Positions 37,766 to 48,407 of a stretch of DNA of 64,000 bases are shown here, in pieces. A program made the position numbers and the translations under genes. The notes under the pieces are model-generated. The model saw only the letters and a program-made list of their open reading frames with translations, had not been told where the DNA came from and searched no databases. Numbering within the stretch: the first letter of the stretch is position 1; every line of letters begins with the position of its first letter. This DNA is from Promethearchaeota archaeon (GTDB lineage: Archaea; Asgardarchaeota; Lokiarchaeia; Sigyniarchaeales; SOKP01), in NCBI GenBank assembly GCA_019058365.1, contig JAHPZE010000001.1, positions 1-64,000 on the forward strand. The letters are read 5' to 3'.

Positions 37766-38932
37766 ATGGAACTCAAAGTTACCAAGAGTGAAGATTGTTT
37801 AATTTTTTATGGGTTAACTCCTGAGATAACTAAAGTTAAGGATGTCTATAATTCAATTTCAGAGTTTATGGAAAAAAAACAGGCTACTGATCCTTCTGAT
37901 AGGTTTAATTTGATTTTATATCTACCTGATGGTCCAAATTATTTAGATCATTTTACTTTTAACGTAAATAATATTTTATCAATGCTAAAGTCAGTGGAAA
38001 AAGATATTGCAAGAGCAAATATTGCGGGTGGCGTGTTTGTAGCAACTACATTCGTTATAGACATATATAAAAAGATTTCAGAGAAGATATTTCGTCTTTT
38101 AATCATAGTAGATGATAGAGCTTATGCAATTCCATCTCAATATCTTCCAGCTTTAGAGGAATTAATTAATAAAGTTAAAGATATGCCATTTTTCATCGAT
38201 GTTATATATATAGGACACCCAAATTATGAAGAACGTAATAATTTAACCAAATTAGTGAACTTAACAAAAGGAAATTTTTATGAGATAAGTGATATTAAAG
38301 ATCTAAAGCCATTGTTAATGGAACTTTCATATAAAAAAAAAATAACAAAACCGGCATTTGGCAAGCAAGAAATTCGTATGATTCATGAGGAAAATCAACC
38401 GTTTTATATTAATTTAGCAGATGACCCTGAAAGAGTGAGTGAAGTATCAACTTGTTCTATTTGTTTTCAGCAAGATAATGAAGGTATTGTGAGGTGTCCT
38501 TCATGTCATACAGTAGCTCATGAAGTATGTTGGGCACAATGGGCAGAAGCATCTAATATTGGAATTCCACACGTATATCGATGCCATAATTGTTTTAATA
38601 TCTTGAAATTAGATAAGAATTATATTATCGATGTGCAAACTGGTAAAATTCCTACTATTGCTGAATTAAATAAGATGAAAAAGAAAAATGTAGTTGAATA
38701 TTTACGCGAAATAGAAGCTCAAATCAAACCTCAAGTAGTACAAACTGAAGATCCATTCGCAGCTGATATTAGAGCAATGATTGACGTAAAGAGAGAAGAA
38801 ACTAAAGTTCCAGAAACGAAAAAAAAAAAGAAAAAAAAGAAAAAGGCTTTTATCAGTATATGTCCTAATTGTAGTAAGATTATAATAGGCGATAAGAAAA
38901 AATGCCCTAAATGTGGTTTTAACTTATTCTAA
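37766..38932 (+). CDS. vWA-like domain + C4HC3 (PHD/RING-like) finger + C-terminal zinc ribbon, paralog 1
   Basis: DPSDRFNLI, RLLIIVD, FFIDVIYIG, TKGNFY (vWA pattern); CSIC..CPSC..H..C..CHNC; CPNC..CPKC. Confidence 0.7.
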   Translation: MELKVTKSEDCLIFYGLTPEITKVKDVYNSISEFMEKKQATDPSDRFNLILYLPDGPNYLDHFTFNVNNILSMLKSVEKDIARANIAGGVFVATTFVIDIYKKISEKIFRLLIIVDDRAYAIPSQYLPALEELINKVKDMPFFIDVIYIGHPNYEERNNLTKLVNLTKGNFYEISDIKDLKPLLMELSYKKKITKPAFGKQEIRMIHEENQPFYINLADDPERVSEVSTCSICFQQDNEGIVRCPSCHTVAHEVCWAQWAEASNIGIPHVYRCHNCFNILKLDKNYIIDVQTGKIPTIAELNKMKKKNVVEYLREIEAQIKPQVVQTEDPFAADIRAMIDVKREETKVPETKKKKKKKKKAFISICPNCSKIIIGDKKKCPKCGFNLF

Positions 38933-38988
38933 ATTTACAATTTTTAAGTCTTATATCAGAAGTGAATAAAAATTTAGATTTCCCTTAA

Positions 38989-39024
38989 ACTTATTAATCT
39001 TTACACGAAATTTATATTAAATAA
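38989..39024 (+). promoter_or_regulatory. BRE-TATA promoter of paralog 2
   Basis: Copy of 37688..37723. Confidence 0.65.
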
Positions 39025-39063
39025 ATCGTAATTTTATTAATACTTATATTCTCTTCAAAAAAC

Positions 39064-40206
39064 ATGGAATCCACGAAGAGTGAAGATTGTCTTATATTTT
39101 ATGGTTTCACTCCAGAAATTACTAAAATGCGTCAAGTTTTCAGTTCAATCGCAGATTTTATGAAAAATAAACAATTAACAGATCCCTCTGATAGATTTAA
39201 CCTTATTGTGTTTCAGCATGATGGACCAAATTATTTAGATCATTTCACTTTTGATCAAGAACTTATTCTTAAAACATTGAAATCTATGAGTGGGGATATT
39301 ACTAATGCAAATATCGCTGGTGGAATTTTTATTGCAATAACCTTCATAATTGAAGTATATAAGAAAATTTCTGAAAAGATATTTCGATTATTAATATTGA
39401 TAGATGAAGGAGCATATGATATCCCCTCTGATTATCTTCCTCCCATAGAGGAGTTAATTAAAGTTGTTAAAGATATGCCTTTCTTTATTGACGTTGTGCG
39501 TATTGGACTGCCAAACTCAGAAATAAGTACAAAATTAATGAAATTAACAAAATTGTGTAATGGTGAATTCTACGAGATTGCTACTATTCGAGAATTAGAT
39601 CCCATATTAACAACCTTATCAGAGAAGAAGTATGTCTCAGAACCATCATTTATTAAACAAAGAATACGAATGATTTTACCAGATAATCAACCTTTTTATA
39701 TAAATTTAGCTGATGCACCCGAAAGTATTGATGATACAGTGACATGCTCGATATGTTTTAAAACTGATAATAAGAATATAGTTATGTGTCCATCCTGTGA
39801 AAGTGTTGCCCATAAAGTATGTTGGGCTCAATGGGCTGAAACATCTAATATTGGGATACCTTATGTGTTTCGATGCCATAATTGTTTTAATATTTTAAAA
39901 CTTGAGAAAGAGTTTGTGCAGGATGTTAAATTGGGTAAAATTCCTACCATTGCAGAATTAAGTAAAGTTAAGAAAAAGAATATTATTGAATATATGCATG
40001 AATTAGAAGCTAAAAGAAAACCTAAGATAATTCATGCTGATGATCCAATAGCGGTTTCGATTAGAGCAAAATTATCAGCTGAAGAAGTAAAAACTCAACC
40101 AAAAAAAACTAAAAAGAGAGCGGATGTCAAAATTTGCCCCAATTGCAGTAAAATTATAAAGGGCTCGCGAAAAAGTTGCCCATCTTGCGGTTTTGTATTA
40201 TTTTAG
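39064..40206 (+). CDS. vWA-like + PHD/RING-like + zinc-ribbon protein, paralog 2
   Basis: Collinear with paralog 1 over the full length. Confidence 0.7.
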   Translation: MESTKSEDCLIFYGFTPEITKMRQVFSSIADFMKNKQLTDPSDRFNLIVFQHDGPNYLDHFTFDQELILKTLKSMSGDITNANIAGGIFIAITFIIEVYKKISEKIFRLLILIDEGAYDIPSDYLPPIEELIKVVKDMPFFIDVVRIGLPNSEISTKLMKLTKLCNGEFYEIATIRELDPILTTLSEKKYVSEPSFIKQRIRMILPDNQPFYINLADAPESIDDTVTCSICFKTDNKNIVMCPSCESVAHKVCWAQWAETSNIGIPYVFRCHNCFNILKLEKEFVQDVKLGKIPTIAELSKVKKKNIIEYMHELEAKRKPKIIHADDPIAVSIRAKLSAEEVKTQPKKTKKRADVKICPNCSKIIKGSRKSCPSCGFVLF

Positions 40207-40229
40207 AAATTGAAAGTTTAAGGATTCTT

Positions 40230-41099
40230 CTAGGAGTGTAACTTTTTCTCTATTATATCATATATATTTTTAATATTTTTTTTAAGATTAAAAACATCAA
40301 ATTTCACGCCGATTCTCGCTCTCAGAAGTGTTGGGATATGGTCTCTATTTATAAAGACAGGAATAATTGGTTTTTTAATTGCATGGGCAGCCATCCATTC
40401 ATCTTCGACAAATTCAGACCTTAATGCATTTGGAGAGCAAAATAAGATTATTACATCACATCTACTAATATTTCTATCCATATACTTGATAAAATTATCT
40501 TGTGTATCTTCTTCAAAATAGAGAATATCCTCTATTTTATCATATTTAGTCAATTCTTCGGCAATTTTTCTAATGTTGAAAAGTTGACTATCTGCCATTG
40601 CGTAACTAATAAATCCGATGAGGTTGTTTCTATCTTCTAATTTTCCTTTTTTTTTTAACACTCTTTCCTCATATATGGGCTTAGGTTTACCAATTGTAAT
40701 AAGAGATTTCAACTTTTCTTTTTCATACTTAGATAATAATATAATTATCCAAATATACACACAACATGAGATAAATCCCAGATAAAAACCAAATCCAAAA
40801 ATTGTCGGTTCTCTATTTAACACGGGGACTATGTCAACATAGAGAAGAAATATTAAAAATATAATATCAATAATTCCTATTATTATAGCTCCTCGGATTG
40901 CCCTAGTTATTATAATGTTTGAAATAATTATAAATATTAAAGCAATTAAACGCCAAGTAATATAATAAACAGTCAAATAAGGGTCATAATAAGGTTCACC
41001 ATTATATAAAATTAGATAAGGAAAGAATTGAGAAAGGAAAAAAACAAGAACAGAAGAAAGATAAATAATTCTGATTATTAATATTCACTGCTTTAGTAT
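40230..41099 (-). CDS. Membrane-anchored TIR-domain protein, 5' end possibly degraded
   Basis: GFISYA, CDVIILFCSPNALRSEFVEDEW, KPIIPVF; N-terminal TM helices; frame open to 41084, in-frame TGA 41085-41087, ATA 41099 after AGGTG. Confidence 0.8.
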
Positions 41100-41297
41100 A
41101 AACTACACCTTTAAATCAAAACTATGTATCTTTAAGCCTTCTGGGTATTTAAATCGTAAAGATATTTCTTGATTTATATATGCATTTACTTACATTTTCA
41201 AAATTTATGTACTGAACTTTTATAAACCAAATATTTAAATAATTTATAGCTAAATCAAATAATAACTTGAACTAGATCTTTTTTTAAACTGATCTTA

Positions 41298-41501
41298 ATA
41301 GAAGATAAAAACAAACCGAGAATTATTCAAGCTGAAGATCCAATGGTAGTTATGATTAGGGTAAAAATTGATGAAGAAAAAGTAAAATCCAAAAGCAGAC
41401 AAGATAAAAAAAATTAATACGTAAATATCTGCCCTAATTGTAGCAAAATTATAATAGGTGCGAAAAAGCAATGTCCTTCGTGTGGTTTTTTCTTGTTTTA
41501 A
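41298..41501 (+). pseudogene. 3' remnant of a third vWA-zinc-finger paralog
   Basis: IEDKNKPRIIQAEDP..KKN*YVNICPNCSKIIIGAKKQCPSCGFFLF*; matches C-termini of both paralogs; internal TAA 41415-41417; no 5' part. Confidence 0.88.
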
Positions 41502-41618
41502 TAAAGATAATGTAGAATTTTTGAAATAAAATAATATAAGCCATATATTTAAATAATTTAGGGCAAAACAATTAATAAGATAATTTGTAGATCTTTTTAA
41601 AATAGAATTAAATTAAAG

Positions 41619-43289
41619 TTGAAAACAATGGATTCAGATTTATTTACATTTATTGTTGGCGGTAAAGCTGGAGAAGGGGTAAAAAAAGCAGGCTCTGTTG
41701 CTGCTCATATATTTTCAAGCATGGGGCGACATGTATTTCAAATGGATGATTATATGAGTTTAATAAGGGGTGGACATAACTTTTCGGTTGTAAGTACAAC
41801 ACCAAGATGGATAAGTAGTCATTATATGAAAGCAAATCTTGTGGTAAATTTTGACAAAAGAAGCTGTGAAACACATACCAATGATATTGCAGAAAATGGG
41901 ATTATGGTTTATGATTCAGACGAACAAGAACTTGAGAATGGTATTGGTATCCCCTTAACAAATGAAGCAGAAAAATATCCAATGAAAAAATTGATGTTAG
42001 GTGTTGGTGCGGTAGCAATATTAGCAGCAACAATTGGATTTGAAGGAGAAGAAATGAATCAAATTATTAAAGAGGAATATCCAACAGGAATTGAAGAAAA
42101 TATCGCCTTTGCAGATACAATTTATAATATGGTATACCCTTATTGTGGAAAGAAATTTACCTTAGAGAATGGTGACAAAAAGAGACCAATTATCACAGGA
42201 AATGAAGCAATCAGCTTAGGAGCAATTGCTGGGGGTTTAAACGTTTACTATGGATATCCTATGACTCCTGCATCATCAATTTTACACTTTCTTGCTCAAC
42301 AAGCTGAAAATTTTGGCTTAGCTGTGGTTCATGCTGAAAGTGAAATAGCAGTTATTAATATGGCAATTGGTTCAGCTTTTACAGGAGCAAGAGCAATGGT
42401 TGGGACAAGCGGTGGAGGATTTGCACTTATGACAGAAGGATTTTCTTTAGCAGGTATCATAGAAGCCCCAATATTAGTTGTATTATCTCAAAGACCTGGA
42501 CCTGCTACAGGAGTTCCCACTTATACAGAACAAGCTGATTTAGCTTTTGCTTTATCTGCAGGTCATGGAGATTTCTTAAGAATAGTTGCCTCCCCTAGAA
42601 CCGTTAGAGAGGCATATTTTCTAACTGCCGAAATGTTAGATTTGGTATGGAAATTTCAGACTCCAGGGATATTACTTACTGAAAAACATCTCTCAGAAAG
42701 TAGTATGACAGTCGAAATTGATTTAGAAAAGGCGAAATGGGCTGAGCCTAAAATGCATGAAAATGGTGAGTATAAACGATATTTAGATACTGACAATGGA
42801 ATTTCACCTATGGTGTTTCCCCCGTCAAAAAAAGTAATTAAATGGAATAGTTATGAACATGATGAATTTGGGATAACAACAGAAAATGCTGAAAAGATAT
42901 CTTTCATGCATGATAAAAGAAATAAAAAGTTGGAAGCACTTATAAAATATTTAAAGGGACAAGATACTGTTAGAATAATTCGTGGGGAAAATCCTACTAA
43001 TATTTTCACATATGGTTCATCATACATGAGTGTTTTAGAGGCTCTCAAGTATGGAAGAATTAATCCTACCATTATTGCACCAATATATTTAAGTCCTTTA
43101 CCTATTTGGGAATTGGAAGAATTCAAAGATCAAGAGAATATAGTTATAGAACAGAGTTCTACAGGGCAGTTTACTAAGCTACTAAACGAAAAAGCAGGAT
43201 TAAAGGTAAGAAACACAATTAAACAGTATGATGGACGTCCATTTGATCCAGTTGAATTATCAAAAAAAATAAAGGAGGTGCTTCAATAA
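41619..43289 (+). CDS. korA: 2-oxoacid:ferredoxin oxidoreductase, fused gamma/alpha subunit
   Basis: GGKAGEG, IRGGHN, YPMTPAS, ESEIA, TSGGGF, QRPGPATG. Confidence 0.92.
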   Translation: MKTMDSDLFTFIVGGKAGEGVKKAGSVAAHIFSSMGRHVFQMDDYMSLIRGGHNFSVVSTTPRWISSHYMKANLVVNFDKRSCETHTNDIAENGIMVYDSDEQELENGIGIPLTNEAEKYPMKKLMLGVGAVAILAATIGFEGEEMNQIIKEEYPTGIEENIAFADTIYNMVYPYCGKKFTLENGDKKRPIITGNEAISLGAIAGGLNVYYGYPMTPASSILHFLAQQAENFGLAVVHAESEIAVINMAIGSAFTGARAMVGTSGGGFALMTEGFSLAGIIEAPILVVLSQRPGPATGVPTYTEQADLAFALSAGHGDFLRIVASPRTVREAYFLTAEMLDLVWKFQTPGILLTEKHLSESSMTVEIDLEKAKWAEPKMHENGEYKRYLDTDNGISPMVFPPSKKVIKWNSYEHDEFGITTENAEKISFMHDKRNKKLEALIKYLKGQDTVRIIRGENPTNIFTYGSSYMSVLEALKYGRINPTIIAPIYLSPLPIWELEEFKDQENIVIEQSSTGQFTKLLNEKAGLKVRNTIKQYDGRPFDPVELSKKIKEVLQ

Positions 43290-43290
43290 G

Positions 43291-44130
43291 ATGGAAGATC
43301 TTAAAACTTATGCTGAAATTACATGGTGTCCAGGATGTGGAAATTTTGGAATTTTTACTGCGATAAGAAATGCAATCCCTCTATTAGAGCAAAAAGATAT
43401 CAAAAGAGAGAGTATAGTTATGACTGCTGGAATAGGGTGTCATGCAAAAATTTTTGATTATCTTAATTTAAGTGGAATTTATGGATTGCATGGACGTAAT
43501 TGTTCAAATTCTGAAGGTATCAAAATAGCAAATCCCGATTTAAAAGTAATTAACTTTTCGGGAGACGCAAATGGATTAGCGGAAGGTTTGGCACATACTA
43601 TGTTCGCAGCAAAAAGGAACCAAGATATAATGTTTATTTTACATAATAATAGCGTGTATGCTCTTACAACAGGCCAATTCTCTCCTTCAGCAGAAAAAGG
43701 TTGGAAGGGCCCCTCTACTCCCAGAGGTAGCTACGAAGAACCATTTAACCCCATATCGTTGATGATTGAAGCAGGTGCTACTTTTGTTGCAAGAGGTTTT
43801 TCTGGAGATATTAAACATCTCACTGATCTTATAGTACAAGGAGTAGAACATGAAGGTTTCACTTTCATAGAAGTCTTGCAACCAGCTGTTCCCTACCATA
43901 CTTGGGCTGAATACAGAGAACAAATTGAATATCTCAAAAAAGAACCAGATACACAGTTCGAAGCTATTAAAGCTGCTAAAGAGAAACATAAGTTTACAAT
44001 AGGAGTATTTTATAGAACGACAAGACCACTTTATCATAAAGAGTTATATGGAGATCACAACCCTATTACTAAAAGGCTGTCGAGAGATGAAAGATTATAT
44101 AAAATTCGCAAAATACTTGAATCTAAATAA
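43291..44130 (+). CDS. korB: 2-oxoacid:ferredoxin oxidoreductase beta subunit
   Basis: WCPGCGN, GIGC, LHGR, GDA..NNSVYALTTGQ. Confidence 0.92.
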   Translation: MEDLKTYAEITWCPGCGNFGIFTAIRNAIPLLEQKDIKRESIVMTAGIGCHAKIFDYLNLSGIYGLHGRNCSNSEGIKIANPDLKVINFSGDANGLAEGLAHTMFAAKRNQDIMFILHNNSVYALTTGQFSPSAEKGWKGPSTPRGSYEEPFNPISLMIEAGATFVARGFSGDIKHLTDLIVQGVEHEGFTFIEVLQPAVPYHTWAEYREQIEYLKKEPDTQFEAIKAAKEKHKFTIGVFYRTTRPLYHKELYGDHNPITKRLSRDERLYKIRKILESK

Positions 44131-44162
44131 AGAAATTTATGGATTTTGAAAATATTGAGTAT

Positions 44163-44507
44163 TCAGTTTAATTTATCGTTATTTTTTTCAATTTCTTTAA
44201 GGATTTTTGAATAAAGAGCAGAGGATATCCTCAAAGTAGTATTTTCTACGAGATTATGAAGAAAATTTTTACACTTTTCTACATTAATAAATTTTAAGCG
44301 CGTTGCTTTGATAAGGGCACCTATAGGACCAGTGACTTTTAAGCCTAATGTCCTAGCAATCTCCCATGCTGCTAAATCATCAATATTAATAACACTTTCA
44401 CCAGTATTATCTTGAAATTTCTTTGCAAAGGCTAATACAGATGCTTCTCCAGCACTAATATGTAATTCAATGATATTAACAATAAAATTCGATATGCTTT
44501 CAATAAA
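44163..44507 (-). pseudogene. 5'-truncated PIN-domain (DUF3368-like) gene
   Basis: GEASVLA..IDDLAA..ARTLGLKVTGPIGAL; the ORF N-terminus is just the antisense of the MCP fragment. Confidence 0.7.
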
Positions 44508-44714
44508 GTGGAAGACATAAGCGCATCTGCAGAAGGACAAACTGCTTCTATGGAAAAGATTACCTCTACGGCGCATAAATTGAGGGTAAAAGCAGAGGAA
44601 TTAATGAGATTATTAAATGCAAAAGAAACCTCTGTTGTAAAAAAGAAAATGTTCAAATCTAAGAAAATAAAATTGAAAAAAAAAAGAGATATAAATGAAA
44701 ATGATGATAATTAA
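44508..44714 (+). pseudogene. 3' remnant of methyl-accepting chemotaxis protein
   Basis: EDISASAEGQTASMEKITSTAHKL matches the MCP C-terminal methylation helix (SAEEQTASMEEI). Confidence 0.75.
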
Positions 44715-44884
44715 TACTTTCTTAGAAGAGCTTCCCGAAAGTTTCAAATTACTTTTTTTTCCTTAATTTCCCCTTATATTTAGGAGTAAAAGGAAATTCT
44801 TGTAAATTTTCGTATCAGTTTTTAGGCGTTCTTAACTTTTTAAGCATATACTTCACTAATGTATTAAATTACCATTCGATAATT

Positions 44885-45817
44885 TTATTTATTGCCACTC
44901 TTATTTTTCTGCTCTTCTAAACAGAATTCACATTCCTCAACACCAGCTTTATCACAGACTTTACACATATGCTTGTATCCTATATCCTTACCTGCTCTCC
45001 TTTTTGGTGAAAAAATTATAGAAATTACAAAAATAACACTTATAGTTATGGTGATTGTAGAACCAGATGGTAAGTTAAGGATATAAGATAGATACAGCCC
45101 TACAAAGGATGAAACCGCTCCGAATAGTATTGAAAGTAATAAGATCCGATTTATCTTATAGCTCCATTGGTATGCAGCAGCAGCAGGAGTTGTAATCATT
45201 GCAAAGACCAAGATTGCCCCTATTGCCTTTAAGGAGACTACAATAGCTAATGAAATTAATATAAGAAATATGTAAGAAATAAACCTTACAGGTAACCCTG
45301 TTGCACTGGCCATTTCATCATCGAAAGTTATAAAAAATAGTTCCTTTTTCATGAAAAAAATGATCATAATGATTATGATACTAATAGAGATTAATAACAG
45401 TAAATCTTCAGTTGTGACTATCAAAACATTTCCAAATAGAATAGCAGTAACAGCAGCATTATATGTTTTAATCAAACTTATAAATAATACTGCTAGAGCC
45501 ATTGTTAGAGAAAAAATAATCCCTACAGCAACATTATTATCCTCTATATAACCCTTCTCATTTATGAAACCAATTGTCATTGCTGCCCCAGTACTAAAAA
45601 GGAAGATTGTAACAAACGGATTTATTCCCAAGAGTATTCCCAAAGCTCCTCCTGCAAATGAAGAATGTGCAATTCCTGCTCCCATAAAAACTAAACCTCG
45701 TAGTATTATAAAAACACCCACAAGACCGCAAATAATTCCTACTATTATTGATGTGATCAACGCACGTTGGAGGAATGTATACTTTAATAAAACTTCGAAA
45801 AAATTTTCAAATAACAT
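44885..45817 (-). CDS. Mn/Zn ABC transporter permease (ZnuB/MntB)
   Basis: FLQRAL, GIAHSSFAG, LFGNVL, FDDEMA..G, TPAAAA; Cys-rich tail. Confidence 0.92.
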   Translation of the reverse strand: MLFENFFEVLLKYTFLQRALITSIIVGIICGLVGVFIILRGLVFMGAGIAHSSFAGGALGILLGINPFVTIFLFSTGAAMTIGFINEKGYIEDNNVAVGIIFSLTMALAVLFISLIKTYNAAVTAILFGNVLIVTTEDLLLLISISIIIIMIIFFMKKELFFITFDDEMASATGLPVRFISYIFLILISLAIVVSLKAIGAILVFAMITTPAAAAYQWSYKINRILLLSILFGAVSSFVGLYLSYILNLPSGSTITITISVIFVISIIFSPKRRAGKDIGYKHMCKVCDKAGVEECEFCLEEQKNKSGNK

Positions 45818-45965
45818 GATAAATCTATACTTTTCTAATAATATTTTGAATAAAATTATGGAAAACTCCTTTAAATTTCTTTTTATAGATTTACTATCTA
45901 AAAGTTTAAATTAAATTATATACGAATGATCGTAGATACGAACCATCATAAAATTAAGAATAATT

Positions 45966-47027
45966 TTGATTATGAAAAATATGAAAAACATGAAAAGAAG
46001 TAAAAGAGTAGCATTTGTTATCTTTTTCATCTTTTTATTAGTAGTAAGTATTAGATTAAATACATATCAAATAAATAAGCAAGCTGCCCATCCATTAAAT
46101 TCTTTTAAAGAAGCAAATACTTCACTGAAAATTGTGGCAACAATTACGATAATAGAAGATGCAGTTGAACATATTATTGGACAAGATGTCCCTGTCATTG
46201 TTCCTGGATCAGCAGATCCCCATTCGTACGAGCCAACATCTAATGAAATTTTGGCTCTGGAAAATGCTGATATCATCTTTCGCATGGGACTTGAGGATCT
46301 TGAACCTTGGTGGCGAACTGAATGGGAGGACGCGTATGTTGTTAAATTAATTGATTCAAATATGCTTAGAGTAGACCCTTTACTTGGGTTTGTTAATCCC
46401 CATGTTTGGATGGATCCGAATAATATGAAAAATTTTGCACAAAATATTAATCAGACTCTATGGATTAAAGACCCCTTACTCTCAAATAAGTGGATTTTTT
46501 CAAATAACACTTTGAATTATTTAACTATCCTTGATAACTTATTAATTACAATTCAGAATGCCAAAATCACTTTTAATGGAATGAAAGTTGTTGTTAATCA
46601 TCCCGCTTATTTCTATTTGTTCCAAGAAAATCTTTTAAATTTAACCCGATTAGGAACCATTGAAAAAGGGGAAGATCAAGAACCTTCTGCTATCGAGATC
46701 ACAGATATTATAAAAATAATGAGGGAAGAAGGATGTCATCTTATTGTTACAGATCCCCAACATAGAACTGAGAATGTTTATGAAATAGCTAGAGAAACGC
46801 AATCCAAAATTGCCTTACTCACTCCCCTTTTGAATGTAGAAGTCAATTGGAATAAAGAACAGGTATTAATCTCAAATTATACCCAGATGATCGAGTATGA
46901 TATATGGGCATTAAGCAATCCAATCAATCCACCAAATTTAATAGATATAATAGGAATTATCGTTACTTTTGGGTTAATAATAATTGCACTCTTAATTTTA
47001 TTTTTTTACATAAGGAGGAGAAAATAA
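45966..47027 (+). CDS. Mn/Zn ABC substrate-binding protein (TroA/ZnuA) with C-terminal TM anchor
   Basis: DPHSYEP, NPHVWMDP, HPAYFY, EPSA. Confidence 0.9.
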   Translation: MIMKNMKNMKRSKRVAFVIFFIFLLVVSIRLNTYQINKQAAHPLNSFKEANTSLKIVATITIIEDAVEHIIGQDVPVIVPGSADPHSYEPTSNEILALENADIIFRMGLEDLEPWWRTEWEDAYVVKLIDSNMLRVDPLLGFVNPHVWMDPNNMKNFAQNINQTLWIKDPLLSNKWIFSNNTLNYLTILDNLLITIQNAKITFNGMKVVVNHPAYFYLFQENLLNLTRLGTIEKGEDQEPSAIEITDIIKIMREEGCHLIVTDPQHRTENVYEIARETQSKIALLTPLLNVEVNWNKEQVLISNYTQMIEYDIWALSNPINPPNLIDIIGIIVTFGLIIIALLILFFYIRRRK

Positions 47028-47066
47028 GTTTAAATCAGCTTTTAAATAAATAAAGGAGGCTATTAA

Positions 47067-47780
47067 ATGGAACCAGTTATAAGTTTTGAAAATGTTTTTG
47101 TTAAATATCAGAATATAATTGCTTTAAGGAACATTAACATCAATATTTATCAAGGAGATTATATTGGCATTTTTGGTCCAAATGGTTCGGGAAAAACTAC
47201 TTTTCTGAAGACTATAATAGGACTTGTTAAACCAGACAACGGGAAGATTACAGTATTAGGCTCTGAAGACATCAAAAAAGTACGGACAAATGTTGGATAT
47301 GTTCCTCAAAATATTTCGGTTAAAAAAACCTTTCCAGCAACAGTATTAGAAGTAGTGGAAATGGGATTATTTGGCAAAATTGGATTTATGAAGCCCTTAA
47401 AACCCGAAGATAAAAAGCAAGCAGAAGAAGCACTTCACATGGTTCACCTTGAAACGTATAAGAATCGTCCCATTGGACATTTATCTGGAGGAGAACTTCA
47501 GAAAGTAATGGTCGCCAGGGCAATCGCCTCAAAACCCAATATTTTACTCCTTGATGAACCCACTAGTGCTTTAGATTTTATGATGGTAAAAGACTTGATG
47601 AAATTATTGGTCGAACTAAATAATAAACTCAATATCACTATTATTGCAATTAATCATCATCTTGATTTGTTGCAACCATATTGTACTAGGTTATTACTTA
47701 TGGATGGAACTATAATATATGATGGAAAGCCAGATAACAATGAAATAGATGATATAATTAAACAAATTTTTAGTTTTTAA
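47067..47780 (+). CDS. Mn/Zn ABC ATPase
   Basis: GPNGSGKTT, GYVPQ, LSGGE, LLDEP. Confidence 0.93.
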   Translation: MEPVISFENVFVKYQNIIALRNININIYQGDYIGIFGPNGSGKTTFLKTIIGLVKPDNGKITVLGSEDIKKVRTNVGYVPQNISVKKTFPATVLEVVEMGLFGKIGFMKPLKPEDKKQAEEALHMVHLETYKNRPIGHLSGGELQKVMVARAIASKPNILLLDEPTSALDFMMVKDLMKLLVELNNKLNITIIAINHHLDLLQPYCTRLLLMDGTIIYDGKPDNNEIDDIIKQIFSF

Positions 47781-47805
47781 ATTAAGTGTAGATTAAGGTT
47801 ATGAA

Positions 47806-48231
47806 TTGATGATAGATTTAGACTATAAAGTATTAAAATTTTTGTATAACATCAAAAAGCCCATCAAGATAAGTCAAATGGCTCGCAAGCTTGAAATAAA
47901 ACATAGCACACTCGGTAGTTGTGTAAAAAGGCTAAAAGCGAATGGATATGTTAATTATGAACCTTTTTACGAAGTAATTTTAACCAATAAAGGTATAGAT
48001 GTTGCAAGAGAATTATTAAGACACGAATGCTTGCTTGAATTACTTTTCTTTAACGAATTAGGAATGACAGCGGAAGAAGCTCATGCTGAAAGCGCAAAAT
48101 TTAATCTTTTAATATCGTGTAATACGATAAATAAGATATGCGAAAAGTATGGGCATCCAAAAAAATGCCCTTGCGGAGACGAAATAATTAATTCGAAAAA
48201 TTGCTCTTGCGAGCTTGAGTTCAAAACCTAA
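47806..48231 (+). CDS. DtxR/MntR family metal-dependent repressor
   Basis: HTH, LTNKG, RHECLLE, GHPKKCPCG. Confidence 0.88.
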   Translation: MMIDLDYKVLKFLYNIKKPIKISQMARKLEIKHSTLGSCVKRLKANGYVNYEPFYEVILTNKGIDVARELLRHECLLELLFFNELGMTAEEAHAESAKFNLLISCNTINKICEKYGHPKKCPCGDEIINSKNCSCELEFKT

Positions 48232-48407
48232 CATTATAACTAAAATAAATACCCTATCTAAATCTCAACCAATTGGAAAAAATTATAGAACTTTTAGTTT
48301 CCATGTTTATTCATTTAATTAAAAATTACATTGATGATTTTATCAAATTTATCAATAATAATAAAAATAAGAATGATTGAAAAATAGAAAAAGTAAAGTT
48401 GTAGAAA

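Noticed and set aside
41085-41087. In-frame TGA upstream of TIR gene as selenocysteine
   Set aside because: No redox motif context; Trp-to-stop decay is simpler
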